A stretch of DNA of 64,000 nucleotides from a virus (taxonomy: Duplodnaviria > Heunggongvirae > Uroviricota > Caudoviricetes). The stretch is taken from the IMG/VR virus record IMGVR_UViG_2576861193_000002; one strand, given 5' to 3'. Each line of letters opens with the position of its first letter. The stretch's first letter is position 1. The notes beneath the pieces were generated by a model. That model was not told the DNA's origin. It saw only the letters and a program-made list of their open reading frames with translations, and made no database searches. A program made the translations under genes and the position numbers. Positions 42,346 through 51,182 of the stretch are shown here, piece after piece.

Positions 42346-43019
42346 TTGTCAGATCTCCATATTGAATGCGTTTGTCTAACATAAGCGGGCCGCATTTGCT
42401 CGCGGCGGCTTAATAGTCCGGCATTGTCATGATGCAAAACGGTGTTATCTCCCAGGTAAATCATCGCGTGACATGGGTCAGCACCCTTAAACGGCTGACG
42501 GATAATCACGTCACCCGGCTGAATGCTTTGCGCGTCAACCATGAAAAACCCGTTCAATGGCAGGTTTTTTATATACAGGTTTTCCCCACGCAGCCACCAC
42601 CCATCGTGGCGTTCAAAGTCCGGTAGATCCACGCCGCAAAGGTGATAGGCGTCACGGAAAAGCGAGTAGCAGTCTGTTTTACCGTGCTCAAATTTACGAC
42701 CTAACAGGTGAGCTACAGGGCGGAACTTTCTTACCCTGCCACCGGAACATAAAAACCACGGCAGGCCGGAAATAACTTGCTGTTGTCGATCCCGTGCTGA
42801 CAATACTAATGAATTGTCAGTATGGGAGTGAAAAACTGCAGTTATAACGCCTAATTCGTCAGCTTTGATATAATCGTCAGGCGAGATTTTAAAGCTGTTG
42901 TGAGGCGTTTCAGACACGTTTAAGCATGGGTAAAAATAATCGTTATCTATCACCAGCCCGCACACCTCCTCTTCCTGGTGGGCTGCTGCATAGCGAATCA
43001 TTTTATCTTCAAGTGCCAT
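42288..43019 (-). CDS. tail assembly protein K-like (JAB/MPN + NlpC/P60-type)
   Basis: Start set at internal Met MALEDKMIRYAAAH; EVCGLV motif; C-terminal Cys/His region. Confidence 0.7.
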   Translation of the reverse strand: MALEDKMIRYAAAHQEEEVCGLVIDNDYFYPCLNVSETPHNSFKISPDDYIKADELGVITAVFHSHTDNSLVLSARDRQQQVISGLPWFLCSGGRVRKFRPVAHLLGRKFEHGKTDCYSLFRDAYHLCGVDLPDFERHDGWWLRGENLYIKNLPLNGFFMVDAQSIQPGDVIIRQPFKGADPCHAMIYLGDNTVLHHDNAGLLSRREQMRPAYVRQTHSIWRSDKCSNLDLRAIFEDITARCV

Positions 43020-43021
43020 AA

Positions 43022-43726
43022 TTAACCCACCTTGCTCGATCCAGGAAAACATGAAATTGGTAACGGATTCGGGCGCGGAAAACGCAAACGGCAACCGCTT
43101 AGGCGGTGGCTGCATTTGTCCATCCTTGGATCGTTGGTTGATTCGTCTTTATCGGTAGCTACAGGGCCGCCACTATATCCGCAACCGTCGCCGCGATACT
43201 GCCACTGGCAAACGTCAGCGAGAATTGTGCGCCCAGGGATAACAGCTTTATCAGCATCAATTGGCGTTGACAGTTCATATTGCACCTGGTCGGCTGTTTC
43301 TTCGCTCATCGCCTCAACGACGTAAAAAGATACAGCCTCAATAGATGGATCTGCATCTGGGTTGCCGTTGGGGAAGTTGATAGCGTCCAGGTATTTTACT
43401 TCCACCTGGCGGCGCGTAACCTTCATTCCTCGAAGGTCGTTAAAATCGTTATTCATCCCAGTGATTAGCCCGCCAATGTTGGCTACTACCATTTGGGGGC
43501 GTGAGTAAACGCCTTCGTTTTTCATTTCGAAGCCAGTCGCCTCGATTGGGTAGCTGTTGTAGGCCACTCCCTTCCAGATAACCGGGCCGTAATAGCCATT
43601 CGCGCCGGAATGGAAGCGGATAATCTCGCCACCCAGGGGCGTGAGGTCTAATTCAAACAAGTCAATTACCGCACCGACTCCGGCATCCACGGAATCAATA
43701 ATCATTTCTGTAGGTATGCTGCGCAT
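43022..43726 (-). CDS. minor tail protein L-like
   Basis: 234 aa; synteny M-L-K-I-J; C-terminal Cys cluster. Confidence 0.75.
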   Translation of the reverse strand: MRSIPTEMIIDSVDAGVGAVIDLFELDLTPLGGEIIRFHSGANGYYGPVIWKGVAYNSYPIEATGFEMKNEGVYSRPQMVVANIGGLITGMNNDFNDLRGMKVTRRQVEVKYLDAINFPNGNPDADPSIEAVSFYVVEAMSEETADQVQYELSTPIDADKAVIPGRTILADVCQWQYRGDGCGYSGGPVATDKDESTNDPRMDKCSHRLSGCRLRFPRPNPLPISCFPGSSKVG

Positions 43727-43743
43727 TTTATCACCTTGTAATT

Positions 43744-43807
43744 TGTGATCGACGTCACGCTAAATCATACCAAAACGGTTGATAGCGCTTTTTACAATAT
43801 GTATATT
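43744..43807 (+). promoter_or_regulatory. sigma70-type promoter with upstream CRP-like site for the moron cassette
   Basis: TGTGA-tcgacg-TCACg (43744-43759) centred ~62 bp upstream of predicted TSS; -35 TTGATA (43779-84), 17-bp spacer, -10 TATATT (43802-07). Confidence 0.5.
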
Positions 43808-43853
43808 GTACTCAAAAGGAAGCATGGTTAACAAAATGGCGCGGAGGTGTGAG

Positions 43854-44009
43854 ATGGTTGATAAGGTGTGGAGGTTGAAGGTATTCCTGGCGGATGGCAG
43901 GGAAATGACTGTAGCTCTGTATAAGGATGAAGGCGAGGCACTTACTGACGCGCTTTTACTCGCTGAAGACGAACGCGTTTTGGGGTACAGGATCGAACCC
44001 GTCAAATGA
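43854..44009 (+). CDS. hypothetical small protein (moron cassette gene 1)
   Basis: SD ggagg + ATG at 43854 (51 aa); the longer track ORF starts at 43779 inside the promoter. Confidence 0.45.
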   Translation: MVDKVWRLKVFLADGREMTVALYKDEGEALTDALLLAEDERVLGYRIEPVK

Positions 44010-44021
44010 GGGTTTAACAAA

Positions 44022-44372
44022 ATGCAAAAATACAGCTTAGATGTGTGGACTGATAAATGTGAATGGGAATGCATGGGCCTATTTGACACATATGCTGCGG
44101 CGCGTGATGAAGGTCGCGAATTACTTCTCTGTTGGTCTAACGCTCGTGATTTTGATATTACTCCGGTCCAAGTACCGGATAAGGTGGAAGAGATGAACCC
44201 TAAAGATATTGATGTTAGCTTCAATGTTAACTTTGCTGACTCTATGGATCAGTCTTGCCCTGGTGAAATACACGCAAAAGGTTTCCCCGCTGACGATCCA
44301 GAAGCAAAACGCGAATACGAAAAAGCGGCAAAAGATTTCTGTATCGACAATTTGTCTGCGTTCGATAAATAA
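44022..44372 (+). CDS. hypothetical acidic protein (moron cassette gene 2)
   Basis: 116 aa, rich in D/E, 5 Cys; no recognised family. Confidence 0.5.
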   Translation: MQKYSLDVWTDKCEWECMGLFDTYAAARDEGRELLLCWSNARDFDITPVQVPDKVEEMNPKDIDVSFNVNFADSMDQSCPGEIHAKGFPADDPEAKREYEKAAKDFCIDNLSAFDK

Positions 44373-44381
44373 GGCGGCAAC

Positions 44382-44630
44382 ATGGGGCGGCGCAATCACG
44401 GTGATTATGTGTACACGTTGAAACAGGCCGCCCGCCTCATCGGTTATCATGAGCACGAATTTATTGATTTGCTGATCGAGCGCGGGATTTTGTATCAGGT
44501 TTGTTTAACGCTGTACCCGAAAGCTAAGTACCTACAAGAAAAGTTATTCATCATTATGACGGATGAAAACCAGGTCAATCACTCATTCGTCACTGATAAA
44601 GGCGTTAATTATCTGCGTGATAACTTATAG
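44382..44630 (+). CDS. hypothetical protein with HTH-like segment (moron cassette gene 3)
   Basis: 82 aa; …YTLKQAARLIGYHEHEFIDLLIERGIL…. Confidence 0.5.
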   Translation: MGRRNHGDYVYTLKQAARLIGYHEHEFIDLLIERGILYQVCLTLYPKAKYLQEKLFIIMTDENQVNHSFVTDKGVNYLRDNL

Positions 44631-44781
44631 GTGACAGATTATAAAATAGAAGTTTTGGCGCTAATAATAATGGGACTGATAGTATTTGGCGTTCACGCTG
44701 TCGATTGGGACTGGGCGGCGATAGCCAATAACATGGCGCACGCTCACCCAATGAGTTTGATGTACATTAACTACTGACAAG

Positions 44782-44811
44782 AAAAACCCCGCACGAAGCG
44801 GGGTTGTTTTT
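44782..44811. terminator. bidirectional intrinsic terminator
   Basis: aaccccgc-acgaa-gcggggtt flanked by A-run and T-run. Confidence 0.65.
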
Positions 44812-44995
44812 ATACATCATCAACCAAAAATAAAACTTCCTTCCCTTCCCTGGATCTGCACCCCACGTACCCATCACCCATATCATGTAGATACCAGGTA
44901 TCGCCATTGTCAGCCTTTACAGTAAGGTCGTTGATCTCGTAGTCGTCAAATAATGTAAAAGCGTCAGTTTTGTCCACTACACAAGTCCCGTACAT
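44810..44995 (-). CDS. hypothetical small protein downstream of M
   Basis: 61 aa from MYGTCVV with SD gggggt; acidic. Confidence 0.4.
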   Translation of the reverse strand: MYGTCVVDKTDAFTLFDDYEINDLTVKADNGDTWYLHDMGDGYVGCRSREGKEVLFLVDDV

Positions 44996-45006
44996 ATTAA
45001 CCCCCA

Positions 45007-45360
45007 CTAGCTGACAACTTGCTCAAATGTTGCGTTTAGCGTGTATACAGGCCCGTCCTTTGTCATACTCCAGCTACGGCAAACAAAAAGCCTTTGCACG
45101 CCATCCATAGACGGCGACCAGTAAAAAGCCTCGACAGCGCCGCGCGCCCTCAAGAATGCTTCTGCCTGGATCGCTACGTTCCCACCATCACCGCATCCTG
45201 CACTACTGCCTTTAAAGACCAGGGTGTAGCTATCAAGCAACGTGTTAATCCCTTTCGCCTGGCGCTGTTCATAACCATCACCAAGTTTAATGACAGATAC
45301 GTTTGGTTCCCTGGTCACGCTGTAGCTTCTTTGCGGCGTCCATCTGAAAACTTCTGGCAT
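45007..45360 (-). CDS. minor tail protein M-like
   Basis: 117 aa; between tape measure and L. Confidence 0.65.
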   Translation of the reverse strand: MPEVFRWTPQRSYSVTREPNVSVIKLGDGYEQRQAKGINTLLDSYTLVFKGSSAGCGDGGNVAIQAEAFLRARGAVEAFYWSPSMDGVQRLFVCRSWSMTKDGPVYTLNATFEQVVS

Positions 45361-45529
45361 GATTCCCCCTATAAGTTACATATTGCATACATCTTTACGC
45401 GCTTCTACGCGAAAAATGAGAAATTCATCACAAGAATTATAACCAGTTTACAAAATGGCTTCACATAAGGCGTGACAAGATGTATATAGTAAGCAAGAAG
45501 AAAAAGCAGTACCGACAAAGGGGGGCAAT

Positions 45530-45685
45530 ATGGAACGCTATGTGGTTGTGATGCTGAACAAAGCATTCGAACAGGTGGAAGTTGCGATTGTGAAGGGCTT
45601 TGATGATGCATTCAAATACGGTCAATTTATGATGAATGCGAAGGAAAATGAGTACCGTGATTTCTTCCTAAAAGTAGTCAACTGA
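45530..45685 (+). CDS. hypothetical 51-aa protein (first gene of T5orf172 cassette)
   Basis: Strong SD aaagggggg then ATG; MERYVVVMLNKAFEQVEVAIVKGFDDAFKYGQFMMNAKENEYRDFFLKVVN. Confidence 0.45.
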   Translation: MERYVVVMLNKAFEQVEVAIVKGFDDAFKYGQFMMNAKENEYRDFFLKVVN

Positions 45686-45705
45686 TTGATTGCGTGGGGT
45701 GAGTT

Positions 45706-45960
45706 ATGAAATTGGTAATGATTGGCAAAAACCTGAAAGCTCAGAAAAACGCGCCGGAACATGTAGTTAAAAAAGCAAAGGAACTTTTGAACGCGTTTTT
45801 AAACAAGAATGCGTCACCCAAAAAATTGAAAGACGGTTACGGCTACGCCTTCCGCGCCAATTTAGACTGGCGAGTCTATAGCCAGGATCTGAAGGAGTGG
45901 GTGATTGTTGAACACCATAAATTCAATGAATTGTCTGGCGTTCGCGGTTGCCATAAGTAA
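45706..45960 (+). CDS. hypothetical 84-aa basic protein (weak RelE/ParE-like C-terminal pattern)
   Basis: SD ggggtgag; …GYGYAFRANLDWRVYSQDLKEWVIVEHHKF… is reminiscent of RelE-fold toxins but unconfirmed. Confidence 0.45.
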   Translation: MKLVMIGKNLKAQKNAPEHVVKKAKELLNAFLNKNASPKKLKDGYGYAFRANLDWRVYSQDLKEWVIVEHHKFNELSGVRGCHK

Positions 45961-46047
45961 GGCGGGATATGGATGACGATAAATTCACCCGGCGGGAGAT
46001 CTGGAATATTTAGTTGGTGATTTTCGTGAGGGGATATATCTCGCGGA

Positions 46048-47007
46048 ATGGTCGGATATAAAATGGGTGTGATTATGGCGCGAAAAATGACACATGAAGA
46101 ACATATTGCAGATATAGCAAATGTCAATCCTCGTGTTGATATTTTAGGAGAAATTACAGGCTGCAATGATAAGGTGTCGTGTCGTTGCAGAGTTTGTAAC
46201 CACAAATGGCGTACTACGCCGCACAGCCTTAAGGCTGGCAGGGGCTGCCCCGAATGTAAAAGAACAAAGATAGCACGAATAAAACAACTATCACATAACG
46301 ATCATGTTGCTGCAATTGCTAATGTTAATCCATTTGTTGAAGTGCTAGAAAAAATTGTTAATGTAAAGAAAAAGATCGCATGTCGTTGTAATAATTGCAA
46401 AAACATATGGATGACTACGCCAAATGATCTCAAAAACGGTCACGGCTGTCCGAAATGCTCTGGCGTAGCGAAGCTGTCACATGAAGAGCAGATTGCAGCT
46501 ATTGCGAAAGTTAACCAAAATGTTGATGTAATAGGCAATATTGTTAATGACAAAACAAAAGTATCATGCCGCTGCAAGGCTTGCGGTCATGTGTGGTCGG
46601 CTACGCCTAACGACCTTAAAAATGGGCGCGGCTGCCCGAAATGCGCGAAACGAGGGTTTTTATCCCACGAACACGGAAAACTTTACATCATGGTTGATGA
46701 TCTTGAAGTGCCAACAATGATGAAAATCGGCGTGAGCGTTAAGGAGAACGAGCGAAGAAATAAAGTATTAAAAAGCGCACATAAAGCAGGTGTCAGAATC
46801 CCTGATTTGTATGTCGTGAAAACGTGGGTGGGGCCAACTGAAAAAGTACAAGAATTAGAAAGCACGATGCATAAGGCTTTTAGCAATTATAAAATTAACT
46901 TCCCTGTAAAATTTGATGGCAGTAATGAATTTTTCTACTACAGGCCGGAAGTATTCAGCATGGTAGAAAGTACATACAGTGATATTGTAAATAAAAATGC
47001 GGCATGA
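46048..47007 (+). CDS. T5orf172 / GIY-YIG-like domain protein with three tandem zinc-ribbon repeats
   Basis: 319 aa; three ~60-aa repeats each with CRCxxC…GCPxC; C-terminal LYIMVDD…MMKIGVS GIY-YIG-like motif. Confidence 0.6.
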   Translation: MVGYKMGVIMARKMTHEEHIADIANVNPRVDILGEITGCNDKVSCRCRVCNHKWRTTPHSLKAGRGCPECKRTKIARIKQLSHNDHVAAIANVNPFVEVLEKIVNVKKKIACRCNNCKNIWMTTPNDLKNGHGCPKCSGVAKLSHEEQIAAIAKVNQNVDVIGNIVNDKTKVSCRCKACGHVWSATPNDLKNGRGCPKCAKRGFLSHEHGKLYIMVDDLEVPTMMKIGVSVKENERRNKVLKSAHKAGVRIPDLYVVKTWVGPTEKVQELESTMHKAFSNYKINFPVKFDGSNEFFYYRPEVFSMVESTYSDIVNKNAA

Positions 47008-47047
47008 ATATTCAGCCCACCACCATTAGTGACGGGCTTATTCTTAG

Positions 47048-49255
47048 TTATCTTTTTCGTGGCTGTATAATCCCCCCGGGGCGCGTGCTCTGCTCCCTCA
47101 CAACACCCATAGCAACCTTCTTCATCGTCTCTTGCAGTTTGGCGCTGTCCTGCTCGGTCCATCCGTTCTCGGCTGTTATGTTGATGGTAACAGGCATGTT
47201 GATGCCGCCACCGCCGCCAATGTCGCGATTTGGTATTACCCTGCCGTTGTCACCCGGAATCATGTACTGCTCGCCGTTTCGAGATTGGAAGATCTCTGGC
47301 TTGCCGTGCTCGCCAACCCTATAAAGATTATTGCTATTAACCGCACCGCCGTTATAACGAGCGCCAGCAAGCCCAAGCGCCTTAGCCCCAGCCACACCAG
47401 TGGCAAGACTCGTGCCCCCCACGGTCGCCGCTCCGCCCATCGTGGCAACGTTTGCCAGGTATGCAGGAGTGGCCCACGCAGATCCTAATGCAGTAGCCTC
47501 GGCTAGTGCTTTAGCTGTTGCCGCAGCGCTGGCGGCCTCACCGATCAATTGCTGTTTAACCCATTCAGCCCCCATTTGAACAAGTGTACCGATAACGGAG
47601 GAAAGGATTGTATTGCCAATGTTAGCCAGCGCCTGCTGCCAACTTTGAGTGCCGTTAACCAGGCCCACAAGCGCATTTGTTGCAGATCCTCCCATTGCAT
47701 CAACGGTATCACCCAATAGTTTGTAGCTCATTGACTGTGCTTTATATCGCTCCCATTCAATGGAGATCATTTCTTGTGCGTGCGCTCTTTCTTGCTCCTT
47801 CATGTATTGCTCGGTAGCGCCAAGATCTTCCAGCATTTGCTTGCGTATGGTCCATTCATTTTGCGCCTGCTGTATTGGGTCCAGCTCGCCGCGCTTCTGA
47901 TCCAGTGATGAAATCATTTTGTCCCATTTTTCTTGCAGCCTATTGATCGGGTCGTTAATTTCTGCTAGAGTTTCGCGCAATTCATCACCAATTCCCTTCA
48001 TTGCGCCTTTGTATTCAAGCATGGTTATTTTCCCGGCTTTAAAGGCTGCATCTATGGCTTTTTGTGATTCAAGCGCTTTGCGCATTGCTGCTGAATCTTC
48101 GTTGTATGCATCTGAAATGCGCACACCCTGTTCCGCAAGGCGCTCGGCTTCTGATTTGCCGGATTTTTTACCTTTGCCTTTATTACCCTTGCCACCAGGT
48201 TGAGGCTTAAATGTTATGCGACTTACACCAGCTTGCCCCGTGGGGAGAGTGGAAACAAATGGCTGTTCTCCATCGCCAAACCATCCAACCTGTTTTGCTT
48301 GAGCGCGGAACAAACTAAGCCCAGGCACTATACCCTCAAACGCCCCAGCCAATAGCCACAATTTGTCAGTTAATGACGTGCTGTCGCTCGCCAGGGACTT
48401 AAACCAGCCGGATAATATTTGGACTTCACTAGAGATAGCTTGTATACCAGTAACCACCAAATCGGACACGCCAAGCGTTTGATTTAGCGTGTCGATTAGC
48501 AGATCGAAGTTGTTTTTTAGCTCGTTAAATGCCTGATCTGTTGTTGTTGGCAGCTTTGCGAAGTCCTTCTCTATGTCTTCTGCGCCAGCAAGAATTGCGT
48601 TGGTAACATCCTCAGCGGTGAGCTTACCATCAAGCATTCTTGCGCGAAGTTCACCCATCGAGATTCCCATTTGTTTGGATACGCGCCGCCACACCTCTGG
48701 CATGTTTTCAAGTACAGAGTTGTATTCTTCCGCGCGAACAATGCCGCCCGTCAGTGACTGCCCTAACTGGCGAAGTGCGTTTGACATTTCATCTGATGAG
48801 CTACCACCGATACGCCCTATTTTTTGAAGCGAGTCGGTAAGCTGCAATACCTGCTGACTTGTCGCACTGGTATCCTGAAGGCTGGCCTTCAGGCTTTCCC
48901 ACAGCTTCCCGGTGCTTTGAACGCTCATCCCTGTACGATTCGATATCTGAATAATCCCGTCAAAATTCGATTTTGCGTCAGCAATGCCACTCGACAGGCG
49001 CGTCACCCTGGCACGAAGCAGATTTACGTTATCCGCGATCTCCAGGAATTTTTTTGCAGCCATAACCATCATCCCAATGTTCACAGCTTTAGATAAATTA
49101 CTTATTGTGGTGTTAAGTGACTTTACTGATTTATCGGTGCGTTTAGCGCCTTGCTCGATTTTATCAAACGAGTCTTCAGCCTTGCGTTGAGCTACAAGTA
49201 ACCGTTCGGTTTTTGCGTCAACGGTATATTCGATCGTGCCTACATTTGTGGTCAT
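47048..49255 (-). CDS. tail tape measure protein
   Basis: 735 aa, coiled-coil rich, Gly-rich C-terminal region; between tail chaperone and M. Confidence 0.85.
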   Translation of the reverse strand: MTTNVGTIEYTVDAKTERLLVAQRKAEDSFDKIEQGAKRTDKSVKSLNTTISNLSKAVNIGMMVMAAKKFLEIADNVNLLRARVTRLSSGIADAKSNFDGIIQISNRTGMSVQSTGKLWESLKASLQDTSATSQQVLQLTDSLQKIGRIGGSSSDEMSNALRQLGQSLTGGIVRAEEYNSVLENMPEVWRRVSKQMGISMGELRARMLDGKLTAEDVTNAILAGAEDIEKDFAKLPTTTDQAFNELKNNFDLLIDTLNQTLGVSDLVVTGIQAISSEVQILSGWFKSLASDSTSLTDKLWLLAGAFEGIVPGLSLFRAQAKQVGWFGDGEQPFVSTLPTGQAGVSRITFKPQPGGKGNKGKGKKSGKSEAERLAEQGVRISDAYNEDSAAMRKALESQKAIDAAFKAGKITMLEYKGAMKGIGDELRETLAEINDPINRLQEKWDKMISSLDQKRGELDPIQQAQNEWTIRKQMLEDLGATEQYMKEQERAHAQEMISIEWERYKAQSMSYKLLGDTVDAMGGSATNALVGLVNGTQSWQQALANIGNTILSSVIGTLVQMGAEWVKQQLIGEAASAAATAKALAEATALGSAWATPAYLANVATMGGAATVGGTSLATGVAGAKALGLAGARYNGGAVNSNNLYRVGEHGKPEIFQSRNGEQYMIPGDNGRVIPNRDIGGGGGINMPVTINITAENGWTEQDSAKLQETMKKVAMGVVREQSTRPGGIIQPRKR

Positions 49256-49381
49256 GATTGCTACTCCAGTTTTGTGATCTGTGTCTCTATTTTATACAAA
49301 ATGGCTTTACTTCAGCGACTCCATTTTGTATAAGGAAGCCATAGGGAACAGTTAAGAAATCAAACAAAAACGAGGTGAATT

Positions 49382-49561
49382 ATGAAAAGTTTAATCAACA
49401 AAATTCTGGTGGTTGCCATTGCTCTTGCAATCTGTGTGCACATGACCGTGCTTTACTGGCAAGCTCCAAATGCAATGCTCATGATGCAGATCGCAGGTCA
49501 AAAGGCGTTCATCCCTGGCTGGGGTGCGCTGGATGCTTTAATCCGCTGGTTTATGGCTTAA
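49382..49561 (+). CDS. small membrane protein (59 aa)
   Basis: SD gaggtg + ATG; MKSLINKILVVAIALAICVH… with one TM helix. Confidence 0.5.
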   Translation: MKSLINKILVVAIALAICVHMTVLYWQAPNAMLMMQIAGQKAFIPGWGALDALIRWFMA

Positions 49562-49572
49562 AGGTGCTAATT

Positions 49573-49947
49573 ATGAAAAACGTATTAAAAGCCGCGCTGA
49601 TTGGTGTTATTGCTCTGTCGCTCGCTGGGTGTGCAAGATCAACTGATTTTGTTAGGTTGGCTGATAATAAGTTGCAGGCTGGAATGACTTGCGAGCAGGT
49701 TACTAAAATCATGGGTGAGCCTCAAAGGATTGAGTATGACGGTAAGTACAGCTATCACGTATGGTGGTCGGTAACAAGTACGGTAGGTTTTACATACATG
49801 GATGTTGAAGAGTTATCCCCTTCAAGGGTTATAGCGAAGTTTGATAATTGTATTCTGAAAGAATGGAAAGATCGCAGCAAGGCGAAGACTGTATATGGCA
49901 CAATTACTCACAGCTCACCAGGCGCTGCCGTCAAAGATTTCAATTAA
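49573..49947 (+). CDS. lipoprotein (124 aa)
   Basis: Signal peptide + lipobox LAGC; translationally coupled to preceding small ORF. Confidence 0.6.
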   Translation: MKNVLKAALIGVIALSLAGCARSTDFVRLADNKLQAGMTCEQVTKIMGEPQRIEYDGKYSYHVWWSVTSTVGFTYMDVEELSPSRVIAKFDNCILKEWKDRSKAKTVYGTITHSSPGAAVKDFN

Positions 49948-49976
49948 AGAAAGGCCCGGCTAATTCCGGGCTTTTT
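49948..49976. terminator. bidirectional intrinsic terminator
   Basis: gcccgg-ctaatt-ccgggc followed by T5, preceded by A-rich run. Confidence 0.55.
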
Positions 49977-50652
49977 GTTCTTTGGATTTTTTTAGTCTTT
50001 CCAGCACCTCCATAGCCTCCCTCATTCCATCGTCATAAGCCTTTTTATCAAGCAATACATTTGGTCGTTTTTGTTTGTTTCTTGCTTCTTGCGGCGTTTT
50101 GGCGCGTACTGCGGCCCTGTATCCGGTCATTGTCATGCCCCATGCTTCTGATTCAGATAGCCCCAGGTGAGCAACGGCGGAGTAAACATATTCAAGGATG
50201 TCGAATGTTGGCTTGTACTCGCCTTCCTGGGTTGTGACCGTGTCTTCTTCTGGACCGTCACCAATTAAACCGTGATACATACAGTGTTGCGCCAGTGTGA
50301 TAACGTCGCTGGTGGGCATCAACCCAGGTTTTAGTCTCAACTTACCCGAAGGAGTGAAGCTGCATTCGCCCAATAACGGGCCTATTTCGTCCTCTGAGCA
50401 ACATTTCAGGACGTGGATGGACGTTTGCACTAACTCACCATAACAACGCGCCATAATGCGATTGCGGAGGTCTGGATCCGTTGGCAAACGCTGTGGGTAT
50501 TTACCACCGTGCACAGTTGCGAAGTATTCAACTAATTCCCTGTCACTGCCGACCTTAGCCATTGCAGCAAAGCAGGGGTTAAACACATACCGCCTGCCAT
50601 CAACCACAACCGCAAATTGTCCTGTTCGAACATGGATCATAACTGTCACCAT
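49960..50652 (-). CDS. tail assembly chaperone (G/GT-like)
   Basis: 230 aa between major tail and tape measure genes. Confidence 0.5.
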   Translation of the reverse strand: MVTVMIHVRTGQFAVVVDGRRYVFNPCFAAMAKVGSDRELVEYFATVHGGKYPQRLPTDPDLRNRIMARCYGELVQTSIHVLKCCSEDEIGPLLGECSFTPSGKLRLKPGLMPTSDVITLAQHCMYHGLIGDGPEEDTVTTQEGEYKPTFDILEYVYSAVAHLGLSESEAWGMTMTGYRAAVRAKTPQEARNKQKRPNVLLDKKAYDDGMREAMEVLERLKKSKEQKARN

Positions 50653-50693
50653 AAAATAAAGGGGCCAAATGGCCCCGATGTTAATATTTACTG

Positions 50694-51170
50694 TTACACT
50701 GACGGAACGTCACCTACCGTGACCTTGCCAGCGCTTTCGCATTCAATGGACCAGGTGGACACATCATCGTTAGGGTCTTCTTCTTTGAATGAAGTGCAAA
50801 GGAACGGACCCTCAGTTACGTCAACCGGGGAAACAAGTTTAAGCCACACATAAGGTTGTGATCCGGTAGTTTCACCGGGGCTGACAACGTGGCGCTTCAG
50901 TTCTTTTTGGTTGTGGATTGCTTCGGTGCGGGATACGCCGTCACCAGAGAAAGAAACAGATTTGTAAGTTACCAATGATTCTTTCGTGTAGTCTGCTGAT
51001 TTGTCAGCGGTGGCGTCTGCGGTTTCCCATTCTACGGAAAGCGATTTACCACGCATCATGCCTAACGCTTTATATGCTTCGTCATTAGGTTTCGCATTAG
51101 GGCAAGCGATAGCAAAGAATACAGCCACGTCGCGGCCCAAGAATGCGCCTTTTTCGCAAGTCTGAGACAT
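50694..51170 (-). CDS. major tail (tube) protein
   Basis: 158 aa; position upstream of chaperone and tape measure. Confidence 0.65.
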   Translation of the reverse strand: MSQTCEKGAFLGRDVAVFFAIACPNAKPNDEAYKALGMMRGKSLSVEWETADATADKSADYTKESLVTYKSVSFSGDGVSRTEAIHNQKELKRHVVSPGETTGSQPYVWLKLVSPVDVTEGPFLCTSFKEEDPNDDVSTWSIECESAGKVTVGDVPSV

Positions 51171-51182
51171 GTTTGTTACCTC

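Noticed and set aside
43760-44224. 154-aa minus-strand ORF overlapping the plus-strand moron cassette
   Set aside because: Low-complexity Ser-rich translation with no SD, antisense to better-supported plus-strand genes that have a promoter and terminator.
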